From positions 372,001 through 436,000 of the forward strand of contig OZ037766.1 of the NCBI GenBank assembly GCA_964035545.1: a stretch of DNA of 64,000 nucleotides. Reading direction: 5' to 3'. Positions 22,292 through 34,200 of this stretch are shown in pieces (position 1 is the stretch's first letter; the number at the start of each line of letters is the position of its first letter). Source of the DNA: Bugula neritina (Eukaryota; Animalia; Bryozoa). The notes below the pieces were generated by a model, which saw only the letters and a list, made by a program, of their open reading frames with translations, was not told where the DNA came from and made no database searches. The position numbers were made by a program, and so were the translations under genes.

Positions 22292-25200
22292 TTACTCCCA
22301 CTTGAAAATCTGTCTCTTGCACACATGTTGACCTCTGATCTCTGTGTTTAGAGGTAAGACAGCGAGGTAGTAGGGTGTGTCAGCACCTACAGTATAACAC
22401 AGAATATGAGTTGTATTTTGGAGTTGTCATATTACTAGTATATATAGTTTACACTACACTGTCTCTGTCACTACTCACTATATACTACATACCTTCATCT
22501 GGAGTCAGATTTCCCTTGTGACTGCTCATACTAGTCATTACATATCCTGGGCAGGCCTAAGATAATATACAAAATCATAATGAAAGCACAACTCCTACTG
22601 TCTCCTTACTAGCTTCAAGCTATCAGACGGTAGGTAAGCTTTTGCTTCTTCTTATTGTGCTCCTTAGCTTACCTTAAGATCCTTAATTTTTCCCCCTTTT
22701 TTTAGAAGCAATAAATCGAAAATAACAACAACTATAAATTGTCATCAAAATGAAAATATTAACTAAAACTTACGCTGTTAACTATAATATATCATATACT
22801 TACATTATAATATATCACATACTTACACTATAATATATCATATACTTACACTATAATATATCCTATACTTACATTATAATATACCACATACTTACACTAT
22901 AATATACCATATACTCACAGCATTCACGACAATGTCCCTCTCGGACACAGAGTTAAACTCTTGCTGATATGCTCTGGCTAGGAGAGTATCTCCCAGGTTA
23001 GAGACTGAATAAGCTTCGTCATCAGGCCAACCTTTCTCAGCAAAATCTCCAGCCTTCACGGCTCTACAATACATGAGAGAGAATATTGTGTAATAGAATG
23101 AAACTCTGATATTCAGAATGATTAGAGGTATGTACCTCTTCAAAAACATGTATTCTACGTGTCGAGTGAAGCAACACAAACATCCCAGTTGACATCCTCT
23201 CTCCCTACATTACATCCACCCCTTCCCTCCTCACATTACATCCACCCCTTCCCTCCTCACATTACATCCACCCCTTCCTGCCCCAAGTTATAAACACTCA
23301 CGAGACGAAGTCAGTCATTGCCTGAAGGACTTGAGTCCTGGTCAGGGGAGGATCACTCTTGATAAATGAAGCGTATCTCTCGGGGTTCAACTTCTTAACC
23401 TTATGAAGGGCCATTGGGGCCCTCATGCTTGAGAGAACTACAACTCTAAAACCAATCAGCAAATCAGCTCATGATCAATTAACAATAATAGTTCAATATT
23501 CAGATGGACTAATTAGCTAGCAGGTGGAGGAACACATTAAATAAAATACTTTATCACAGAACTGGATGTTTAGGAGTGAAAATCATACAAACTTCCAACT
23601 TGATAACGAAACAATATCCTAGAGAAGACAACTTCTTAACAAGTACAAATGTCAGGGTAAAGCAGAGTACACAGTTTATAGAAAGGCATACAGTGTTTAC
23701 ACTTGGTCTGTATTACAGATATTGTTGCAGGAGCTTTTTCGTAGTTTTCAGAAAACCATTGTGTATCGAAAGCTTTTTGTGAAAGCTTTCGCGATAGCTA
23801 TTTACTGACAGTTTTTGTCCAATGAGTCAGTGTAGCTCAATTTTCCTCCTGCTAAAGATGCAGGCAATCTATACTTAATTGTCAAAATAATTGTAAGTAT
23901 CAAGTATTATATTATCCTTCGTTTTGATCTTCCTTAACTAAATGTTTTGTCAGCTGTGTAATTAATGTTAAGTTAACAATATGTTTTCAATTTTCATGGT
24001 TATAGGTTACAGCATGAGTATGAGTTCGAGTCTAAGTCTATCTTAGAAAATATACCGTTGGCAATAGACAAAACATAGAGTTGTGGCCTGCATCTGTGTC
24101 CTCCATCCATTCACCCTTCATTAAGTGAATCACAATACATGGGCATCCGTGCCAAACAGCACCCGTGCTGACGCAGCAATAATCATCAGCTGATACAGTA
24201 ACCATTATCAGCTGTCACAAATATTCATAAACTACATTAAAGTAAAGCTAAGAATAAACCCATGAATACTGCCAAACACCAGTATGTGTTAGAACACCAA
24301 CCTTGCTCCGTCCTTGAGAATAGGAAATAGAGTGTCACACACCATATTAGTACCAAACACATTTGTAGCCAGAGTAACCTCAGCTTTCACCGCGTATGGG
24401 TCGGTGGAAGCATTCTAAACAACAGAGCAACTCTAATTGTGAGACAGGATCCCAAGTTACATAATAATGGACCAATTGATAAAAAACTGGTCAGCTACAA
24501 TTTTCTTTTCAGCAACCGTTCAATTTACTTTACTTTCACAAATATTTTACTCCCGGCCAGCAAAACGGACCTTGAAAGCCATGCCGGCATTATTAATCAG
24601 GATATCCAGTCCACCGTGATCTTTGGTCAGCTTCTCTTTGACGGCAGCAAAGGTTTCGGGTTTAGTGAGGTCAGCCTCTAAGAACTGAGCTTTCAGACCC
24701 TCTGACTGCAATTTCTTCGCTGCCTCCTCCCCATTGCCAGCGCCTCGTGCTGTAAATTATGACAACACAGAAGGCTTGGAGAGAAGTATAGACATCCTAA
24801 CATGTTGAATGTAATGTGCAGAGTAGGTCACAGTAGTTATGTAGGTCAGAGTATTTATGTAGGTCAGAGGATGTAGTGAACTAGGCTGTGATTTAGGCAA
24901 TAAATCCTCACTGATGTCCTTTATTGTATTATTATTCTAACATTACACTGACTGACATCCTTTGACAGTGATTGACATCGTCAAGACTACACTTGCAATT
25001 CAAAACTTGCATAATCTCAGCATAAACCTAAATAAACAATATGAAAAATACAAACAGTTGTAATCCACTAAAAGAAACAATATAATTAATATAAAATATG
25101 ACTTACTTATTTTTGCTCTCAACAAATATCAACTAGTTCACTAGCTCCTGCTATTATCAAGTGCCAGATATTTGTTAGGTAGCACGGACTAGGCTGTAGA

Positions 25201-28200
25201 GAGCTTTTCTATAAAGGTGCTCAATATAGCTAAGATAGCTTAGCAAACTAGCGCTAATTTCACTACAGAGTAGTTATGTAGGTCACAATAGTTATGTAGG
25301 TCACAGCAGTTATGTAGGTTACAGTAGATATGTAGGTCACAGTAGATATGTAGGCCACAGTAGATATGTAGGTCACAGTAGCTATGTAGGTCACAGTAGT
25401 TATGTAGGCCACAGTAGATATGTAGGTCACAGTAGTAATGTAGGTCACAGTAGCTATGTAAGTCACAGTAGTTATGTAGGCCACAGTAGATATGTAGGTC
25501 ACAGTAGTTATGTAGGTCACATTGCACAATGTAGGTCAAAGTAACGGCACACAACACTCACATGTCCCATAAATTGTCCAATTAGGATGCTCCTTACAAA
25601 GCCTTCTGACTATACCATAACCAATACCTTGATTTGCTCCAGTGACCTGATTATAGAATAGTAAGATGCTGAGTATATACTAGTATGTAATGTGTTCTTA
25701 TGTATGTTGAGTCAGTGTATAGGTTATGTTCACTTTGTGAGTCTCACAGCATGAACTCAACACCAGGACAACCACAGAAGTTGCTAAAGACGGGATTCAG
25801 GATTCTGTATAGAGTAGTGGTTCCCAATCTTTTTCATACTATTCCCCCTTTCATAAATGTTTACTATTAATTTCCCCCCTTTTGAAAAGCGAAAAGATTC
25901 TTGGCTGATATGATGCAAATATGTATTTTGTTACATTATATTAGCTATATCATCTTTATTACTATGCTATGGAACACAGAGCAGTTCAATTATGTTATGA
26001 ATGCAGTTGATGCTTTAGTGAAAGTTTGTTTTAAGCCTGGCTCTGTGTTTGACCAGGCCCATCTTAAGTCACTCTGCAGGTTAAGGCAGTGTCTCTTCAC
26101 TTTGAATTAATGAGAATTATGCCTCACATGGATAGGTGGTGTTGGATGGCACCAACGTTCTGCTTTGTCAGCTATATGTGGGTTGCTTGTTGAAAATGTA
26201 AAAATGGAACAGGTAATAATGGTACAAATGAATAAGTAGGTAGAAATGGCGCACTGATGTTAAATTTTCCCAACCCCCAACCCTTGAACCCCAAATCTCC
26301 ACCTCTTAACTCAAACCCCCAAACTCCAGAACTCAAAATACAAATTCAAAATCCTCACCTCAAACCCCATCTCCAAACTCCAAACCTCTACCCTAATATT
26401 GCAAATGTGCCAGTTTTACCTGCTTTTCCATTAGTGCCATTATTATCTGTGCCATTTCTACTGGACACCACCCACAACACATCAATTGGAACAGATTTCA
26501 AATTACCCTTCTTTGCTATTTTGTGAACCAACTCAACGAAATCCTCTTGTATTTCCTCTAAAATCTTTTTAACAAAGCGATGCAATGGCTTCACATGTCA
26601 AGTTAAGAATTCAAAGCTCTTTCTTTTTGAGAGGTAGCTAAGAGAAATACCATTAAAACTCCATTAAGAGTTCTGAGAGGTGCCCTGAAGTTCTTTTTGA
26701 AAAAGGATCTGGAACAGGTGGTGTCTGGTAAAAATGGTATAAGTAATAATAGGACAAATGGAAAATTAGATAAACATGGCACATTTTCAATATCAGGGTT
26801 GAAGATTTGCATGGGTTGGAGGTTAGGACGCATCTGGGTTCAAGATGGGAGTTTGGAGGTTTGGGAAAAATTTTAACACTAGTGTGCGTTTTTTACCTGT
26901 CATATTTGCCTAAAATTGAAACAGATTTTTCTCTTATAAAAGTTCACTGAGTGTGGGGAAAAACACCATATTTTGATAGAGACGCCACCATTTTAGTGCA
27001 ACTTTAAAAACATTGATGCTGCTATGAAAAGCAATGAAATAATGATTGCACTCCTGCATTTTTAGGTTCAGAATATTTAGTGTAGCAAATATATTTACTA
27101 GGTATGTAGTATACAGTTCATAGAGATTGACTTGCATGGCTGCTAAAAGTTTCACCTCCATTCAAAGTAGCACAGAAGGCAGTTAAGATAGAGTAATTAA
27201 TAAACACATTCATGTAGAAGTAAACTGAGATTGCATTAGTCCATGATTGTAAACCACACACAGGCAGGCTAGTTAGCCTGTTAAGTTAATCTTCACAAGA
27301 ATGTTAACATTGTTTAGACTACTGCCCAAGTACTGACAACTTATTTTATATATGCAGCACACCTCTTTTTCCCTCTAGGTAGGTCTAGTGTGAAGATAAC
27401 ATTGACAGGTATCGACAGGTAATTCTAATACTAATGGTAATAGTAATAGTTATAGTAACAAAAACAATTGTCATAATGTAGTAAATTGTGTAACTACTAT
27501 GCGTGGGTTCCTAGCTTGTAATTATAGTCTATTTATCTACACCAATAAAGCATTTAAGTAAGAGTTTCCAAAGTTTATTTACTACTAATTATATAAAAGA
27601 TACAGCACGTACACAGGTTAGAGATTACATCTTCGCTTAGTTAACACGCTCTCTCCACTGCAAAACTACTACTAGCTGAGGGTTATCACGTGACGCACTC
27701 GGATAGGCTGAAGGAATACGGGGGACGCGCGTATTACGTCCTCACTACATCACCCCCCCCAGCAGAAAGCCCTACTTTCTGATAACACAGATACAATAAA
27801 TTCGAACATAAAATGTTATAAAACTAAAAAAAACCGAGAGCGTGTGGCACATAAAAGAAAAACATGGCTATGTACAGTAATAAGAAAACATATACATATA
27901 AAAAAATATAACAGTAAATACACAATGGCACCGGCGGGAGGCACTTATAAAGGAATAGTTTATAGAGGTAGAGCTGTATACTGGTAGGTTACTATACACT
28001 GTTACACTGAGTAATTGTTTGTGAGCACCGGCGTGAGAAGGGTCTGGAATGGGGCACCACCTGCTGTACCATCACGGATAGGGAGAGGAGGGACATCATC
28101 TTCAAGCACTTCCTTTCATTCGGGCTACAGAGGCAGAGAGGGCCCGGAGTTCTGATGCGGCGGCGGAGATTCTCGGTGTCAGTCTTTGCACCTCTTTCTC

Positions 28201-31200
28201 TAATTCTCGTATCTGCTCTTCTGCCTCGCCTAGATTCCGGGCAGGGGCAGAGTGTCGGTTGGGGGATGAAGATGGCCAACGCCGTTTACGAGAAGGCCTT
28301 GGGGAGACAGGGGGGGAGGGACGCCATCGCTGTGGTATATCAATGCGTCGTAACACGACTCTTGGTATAGTCGGGGCGGGGCACTGTGCGTGCGGGGGGT
28401 GAGGGACGGGATACGCGTGGTTTCCTATATCCGGGTGGTTTAGGGCAGGGTCCCTGTGTGATGGTCCTGGGTGCGGGGAATTCCTGACGCAGCCGTTCAT
28501 ATCGAGCTGGGTCTGATATGAACGGTCGGATGAGATTAAGGAATTGTGGAAAGGAGGGTTCGTCGACTTCGAACAGGTGTCCAACATGGCATCCCATAGT
28601 TCGCTGGTGACGGAGGATGTAGTCCCTGTGGTAACTATATTCACCACAGGGACAGAAGGTGGTGAAATAATGTTGGGGAATATGAACTCAAAGTCTTCGT
28701 GGAGTAGTGAAGTGAAGCTGGCATAAACGGCAGGTGAAGCATTGGTCGTCTCCCTTGTGCTCTCGTATCAGTGTTTCTGTATCTGGTGTAACCCAGCATG
28801 ACTGCTGTAAGAGTGCCTCCGGAAGAGTAGTGGGAACGGGTTCCTCGTTCCAAGCCATTTCTAGTGACGGCATGTCACCAGAGAGAGGAGAGAGAGCGGT
28901 ATCTAAAAGAGCAGAATTACTGTTAGATCGAGTATGATCTTTACACCATAATTCTGATGACAACCGACTGTTACTAGTCTGGGAGTCATACATCTTTTCA
29001 GATAGCACTCGAGGGACTGAGTCGTGTCGTGTAGACTGACAGAGAGACATAGTGTCAAGCTCCAGATCTAGTAGATCGTCGGCCATCTTTATGTTCTCGT
29101 CGCCTTTCACGTAGGACTCAGTCCCCAGTAGTTGTGATTCAATCAAGGCGATTAAATCAGAACTGACTGATGGTAGACTGGTTTCCATGACTGGAAATGT
29201 TAGCTCAGAGCAAGCTTACCTGAGAACCCGGTATTTGTAATCATACTCAGCGTTCAAGCTTGGATGTCCATGGATTGAGTTTGAATGCGTCTTCCCTTGA
29301 CAACGTCAGCGTACGAAAAGACTAGGCAGCGTGGTTGTTGCGCACGGCTGGAACTATTTGCCCCGGGCGTAGTAGTTTTGTTTACTACTCCGCCTTCGCA
29401 AAAGTTGAGATTTCCGTGGTGTTCACAACTCCCACGCTTTGTTGCCAGTCCTTCCGTACGGCGCCCAGCTAGACTTTCATAACTGCCGTTTGTAACACGG
29501 TCACATATGAAATCTTTAAGGTATGCTGGGGGTTGTCTAGTACGCTGTCCCCGTTCCAGGGGAGGTGACGTATCAGCTGGAGAGGGAGTTGTAGCTGTTG
29601 GTTGGGGCGGCGTACTCACTGGTGGGCTATTTTGCTCCACCTGTGGTGTTTCTGGCCCGCCGTTGGTGGTGGTGTTCCCCTCTCCGCTGTTGTCTCTAGA
29701 TGGAGCCCCTCCCACGGGGGGGTTTTGCACTTCCGGACGCGGATGCGGAACCGGAAGTGGTGGGGGTAGACTTGGTAATGGGGGCGGTGGGCGCACTCCC
29801 GTTGGTGGGAGTGGCGTCTCCTGCCTCACCAAGTCCTCTCCCCGCGGCACAACCACTTCGTATTCTGGCCCATGCCGTTGCTGCCCACGCGTTACTGTCT
29901 GCCTCCTGGGCTCCAACAACGGGGGGCTGCTCCTGCTGCTCCTGGGCTAGCCCAATACGGTTTCAAGCGGACTTCGTTCTGGACAGAGACCTGTCCAGAT
30001 CGCTCCAACTTGTACGTATGATTGCGCATAGCCTATACTACTACGTAGGGTCCCACAAACTTAGGCTGGAGCTTAGCCGCTTGTCCTCGACGCCTACGGT
30101 AGTTGACCATCCACACCCAGTCCCCAGTTTGATAGAGAGGTGGTTCCTGAGAGTCCTCTCGCCGTACCTGCCACTGCTTCGCCCGCAGTATTTCGTGTGC
30201 GGCCCTCAGGTCCTCTATCAATTTACTGGCATACTCGTGGATGGTATAGTCCTGCTCTGGGATGTGGTATGTGAGGTGGTCAGGCACTCGCGTCTCTCGA
30301 CCGAGCATCAGGAGGTTAGGGGTTTCCCCCGTACTGGTGTGTGGTGTACTACGGTAGGCCCGCATGACTTGCGGCAGTACCGTATCCCACTCCTCCTGAC
30401 CCCGGCCGAGGAGCAGACTGCGCAGTGCATCGCCCAACATGCGATTGTTGCGTTCCACCACCCCGTTGCCCTGAGGATGGTACGGGGTGGTCCTGCTTTG
30501 GTTTACTCCCCAGAGGCGGCAGAGGTCGCTCAACAGTTGGGACTGGAATTGAGCCCCCTGGTCCGAATGTATTTGCTCAGGTAGTCCAAGATAGCAGAAT
30601 ACATTTTGGTCCAGCACCCTGGCCACCGTGGGGGCGGACGCATCTGGAATAGCCAGGGCGTCCGCCCACCGTGTAAAGTGGTCGGTTAATACTAGGATCC
30701 AACTGTTTCCTCTGGGGGTGACGGGCATGGGTCCGACTAGGTCGATAGCTACCACCTGCCATGGCCTCCCAGCATATAGCCTACGCCGTCCCGCTTCACC
30801 AGGGAGACGGCCATGCTTGCTGGCCTGGCAGATTTCGCATTGTTTGACTCTACGCCGCACCTCACGCTCCATGCCGGGCCAGTACCACCGGAGTTGTAAC
30901 TTGGAGAGCACCCTGCTCACCCCGGCGTGGGCTTGCTTGTGGGTGTCCCATACTAACTCCCGGCGTATGGCGGCTGGGCAGATCACCCTCTTCCTGCCGT
31001 ACTGGTTGTTGTGAGCAGCCACTGTGATGGTCAGCAGACCATCTGGCCCGATCCGCAGGGAGTCCCAACGTTGGCAGTACGACCGTAACTCGGTGCATCC
31101 CTGCCGCAGTTGTTCTTCACTGGGTCGTCGCCCCTCCTTTTTGGCACGATATACGTCGGCTACCACTCCAGGGAGGTCCTCCTGGAGTCTTCGTAGCTCC

Positions 31201-34200
31201 CTAACGTTATCAGCCAAGACAGGATTGGCACGGAGGCGTTGGATAGCCTCCGGGGGCGTAGCGGCCTTCTGTAGGAGTTGACCCTGGTCCTAGTCATACT
31301 CCGTTTCAGAGTGGTTCAGCGCTCTCAACTCGGATTTTGGGGGACCTCCGTCCCTCTTCTCGATGTTGAGGCACTGTTTACACCCCTCGTCCGGTCGCCG
31401 GCTCAGTCCATCAGCATTGCCGTGTTTCTTACCGGGTCAGTGCTCGATCCGGTAAGAGAACTCGGCCAGGACCTCGAGCCATCGGGCGACTTGGCTGGAC
31501 GGTTCTGCTCTCTTACATAACCAAATCAAGGAGGCGTGGTCGGTCCGCAAGCGGAACTTCCTGCCGTATAGATAAGGTCTGAAATGCTTCACTGACTTGA
31601 TTACTGCCAGTAATTCCTTTCGGGTAGTGCAGTAATTTCGTTCAGTGGGCGAGAGAGACTTACTGTAGTAGGCCACGACTACTTCGCGGCCCTCCTGCAC
31701 CTGGGACAGCACAGCGCCGGCATTTTGGTCACTGGCGTCAGTATCGAGGATGTACTCCAGGGCAGGGTCTGGATAGGCCAGGATAGGGGCCTCCAGCAGG
31801 CGGCCCTTGAGGCAGTCGAACGCTCTCTGTTCGACGGGAGTCCACTGCCAGGTCACCCCCTTTGCGGTGAGCCGGTTTAATGGCTGCGCTACCCCCGCAA
31901 AGTCTGGTATGTATTGCCTGTAATACCCTACCAGCCCCAGGAAAGCCCGTAGCCCGGTCAAATCCTGGGGGGTTACCCAATCTTCTATAGCTCGTACCTT
32001 TTCAGGATCCGTCGCCACACCGTGACGGCCGACGATGTGCCCCAGGTACTTCACCTCCGGCTGCAAGAGAGCGCACTTGGAGGGTTTGAGCTTCAGATTG
32101 GCGCCTCGGAGTCGATCGAAGACCTCCCGCAGACGGCTGACGTGTGTCTGAAAGTCTGGGGAGATCACGATGACGTCGTCGAGGTATACTAGCAGTGTCT
32201 TCCAGTGGAGTCCACTGAGGACCTGTTCCATGAGCCACTGGAACATGGCGGGGGCAAAAGTCAGTCCGAAGGGGAGGACTTTCCACTTCCATAAGCCGTC
32301 CCGCGTGATGAACGCCGCCTTCTCCTGGGCGTCTGGGCTGAGGGGGACCTGCCAATAGCCGCTCAACAAGTCTAGCGTACTGAAGTACTTGCTGCCGGCT
32401 AAGGCATCCAGAGATTCGTCGATCCTGGGTAAGGGGTAGGCGTCCTGTATGGTCACGCTATTGAGCTTGCAATAATCTACACAGAACCGCCAACTGCCGT
32501 CTTTCTTTCGGACCAGAACGACCGGTGAACTCCACGCACTATGTGCTGGCTCGATGAGGCCGCGGTCCAAAAGATCCCGGACTTGTTGGCTGACCTCCTT
32601 TTCCTTCTCGGGTCCCAGCCTCCTAGTGGGCTGCCTAATAGGGGTAGTCCCTGCAGCTAGCGGTATCTCATGACGGACGGCCGTGGTCAGGCCGACGTCA
32701 TGGTCCCCACTGCTGAACACGTCGCTATAATCACGCAGCAACTGAGCCATAGTCTGGCGTTCCACGTTGCCCGTGCAGCCGTCACACGCTGCCTGGTATA
32801 GCTCTTTGACGTGTTTTGGGACGGTCCCCCGCCTAACTGACGGGCTCTGTTGGGGACCTTCCGTCGCAGCTCCCAGCGACGGCCCTATATCCTCCTCCTG
32901 GATGGAGTGGAAGCGACCCAGCATGGATCCTGACGGTAATTGTACCGCTTCGGAGAAGGGGTTGACATACTGCACCAAGATCTCTCCTCGGTCAGTCAGC
33001 CGGTTAAGACTGCTGGCGAGTTGGATTCTAGTGTGCGCACCTTCGACAACCCCTAGCCCCGAGAGTTGGCTATTGTTCACTCTGCAGTGAACGGTAGCCC
33101 GGGAGCGGCCGGGTATAGTACAGTTGCGTACTACCTGCACACCTCCCGCTAGAGGACGACCGAACTTGTCGACACAGGTGAGCCCTTTGCCGCCCATTAG
33201 CATGGCTGACTTGCTAAAGTCAATATGGCACCCGTGTCTCTTCAAGAACGGCATCCCCAGTATGGCATCTTCCTCCAGTGGGCTGATGACGAAGGTTTCC
33301 GGAATGGCCTGGTCGCGGACGCGCCCAGCCAATTCTATGATACCGTAGAAAGGAATCCGTGACCCGTCAGCTAGGGTGCCCGGTTCCCCGGTATAGGGAG
33401 CTAAGGCTCCCCTCTACTTGAGAGGGAGGGTGTCGAAGACCCGACGGCTGAGAAGATTAGTGGTACACCCGGAGTCTAACAGGAAGGTGACAGCTTTACC
33501 GGCCACCTTCCCTGGCAAGAAGTAGCTGCCTCCGTGAGGTTGTACCCGTACTCCCCCAGCGTGCTCGGTCTCGGCCGAACGGGGCTGTGCCCGTTTGTTC
33601 CGCGGTTTGCGGGGCCGGTGAGAGTTTCCTTGCGGGGAGGTGTTTTGATCCTCCCCGATGCCCTGAGGGGCCTCGCTGGTCTGTTCTATTACTGGTAACG
33701 GACTGAAGCGGTTGGTGAGAGGCAGAGAGAAGGGGTCTCGTGGTCGACCCGGTTGGCTGGTTCGGCGAGGTGTTTGCCATTGACGGGGGGTGTGCTGCTG
33801 GGCCCGTACGGGCTCCTGGCGACATCCACCCCGTTTTCCTCTCGGTGTGGGCCCGCGGAGCTCTGGGGGTCTCCGGGGAGGTTGTGGGTTCTGCTGCCGT
33901 TTGAATCGTGGGCCGCTCAGGTGGCGGTGCCCCTGGTTGCTGCTTTCCCAGCGTCGCATCATAGGTCTGGGGGTTTTGCTGCCGTCCTCTTACTCTTCCT
34001 TGAGTGGTTGTATGTTATCGTCGCCACCAATTGTCCCAGTCTAGTCATCAAGCGGCTTATCTCCATCTCTATGGGGGGTTTAGTGGTCGCGGCAGCTATG
34101 CGGGCCGGATGGTCTGGTTCCCTAGAGGTCTGGGGAGTGGCCTCTTCCGTCTTATAGAGTCGCTCGGCTCCAGCGTAGGCCTTGTTCTCCTGGATTGCAG

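Noticed and set aside
29191-29219. 29-nt GTAAG...CAG micro-intron before family B ORF3
   Set aside because: Probably too short to splice, and there is no counterpart in family A.
29700-30584. 294-aa antisense ORF and other short antisense ORFs in the Gypsy elements
   Set aside because: GC-rich shadows of pol with no motifs and no equivalent ORF in the other family.
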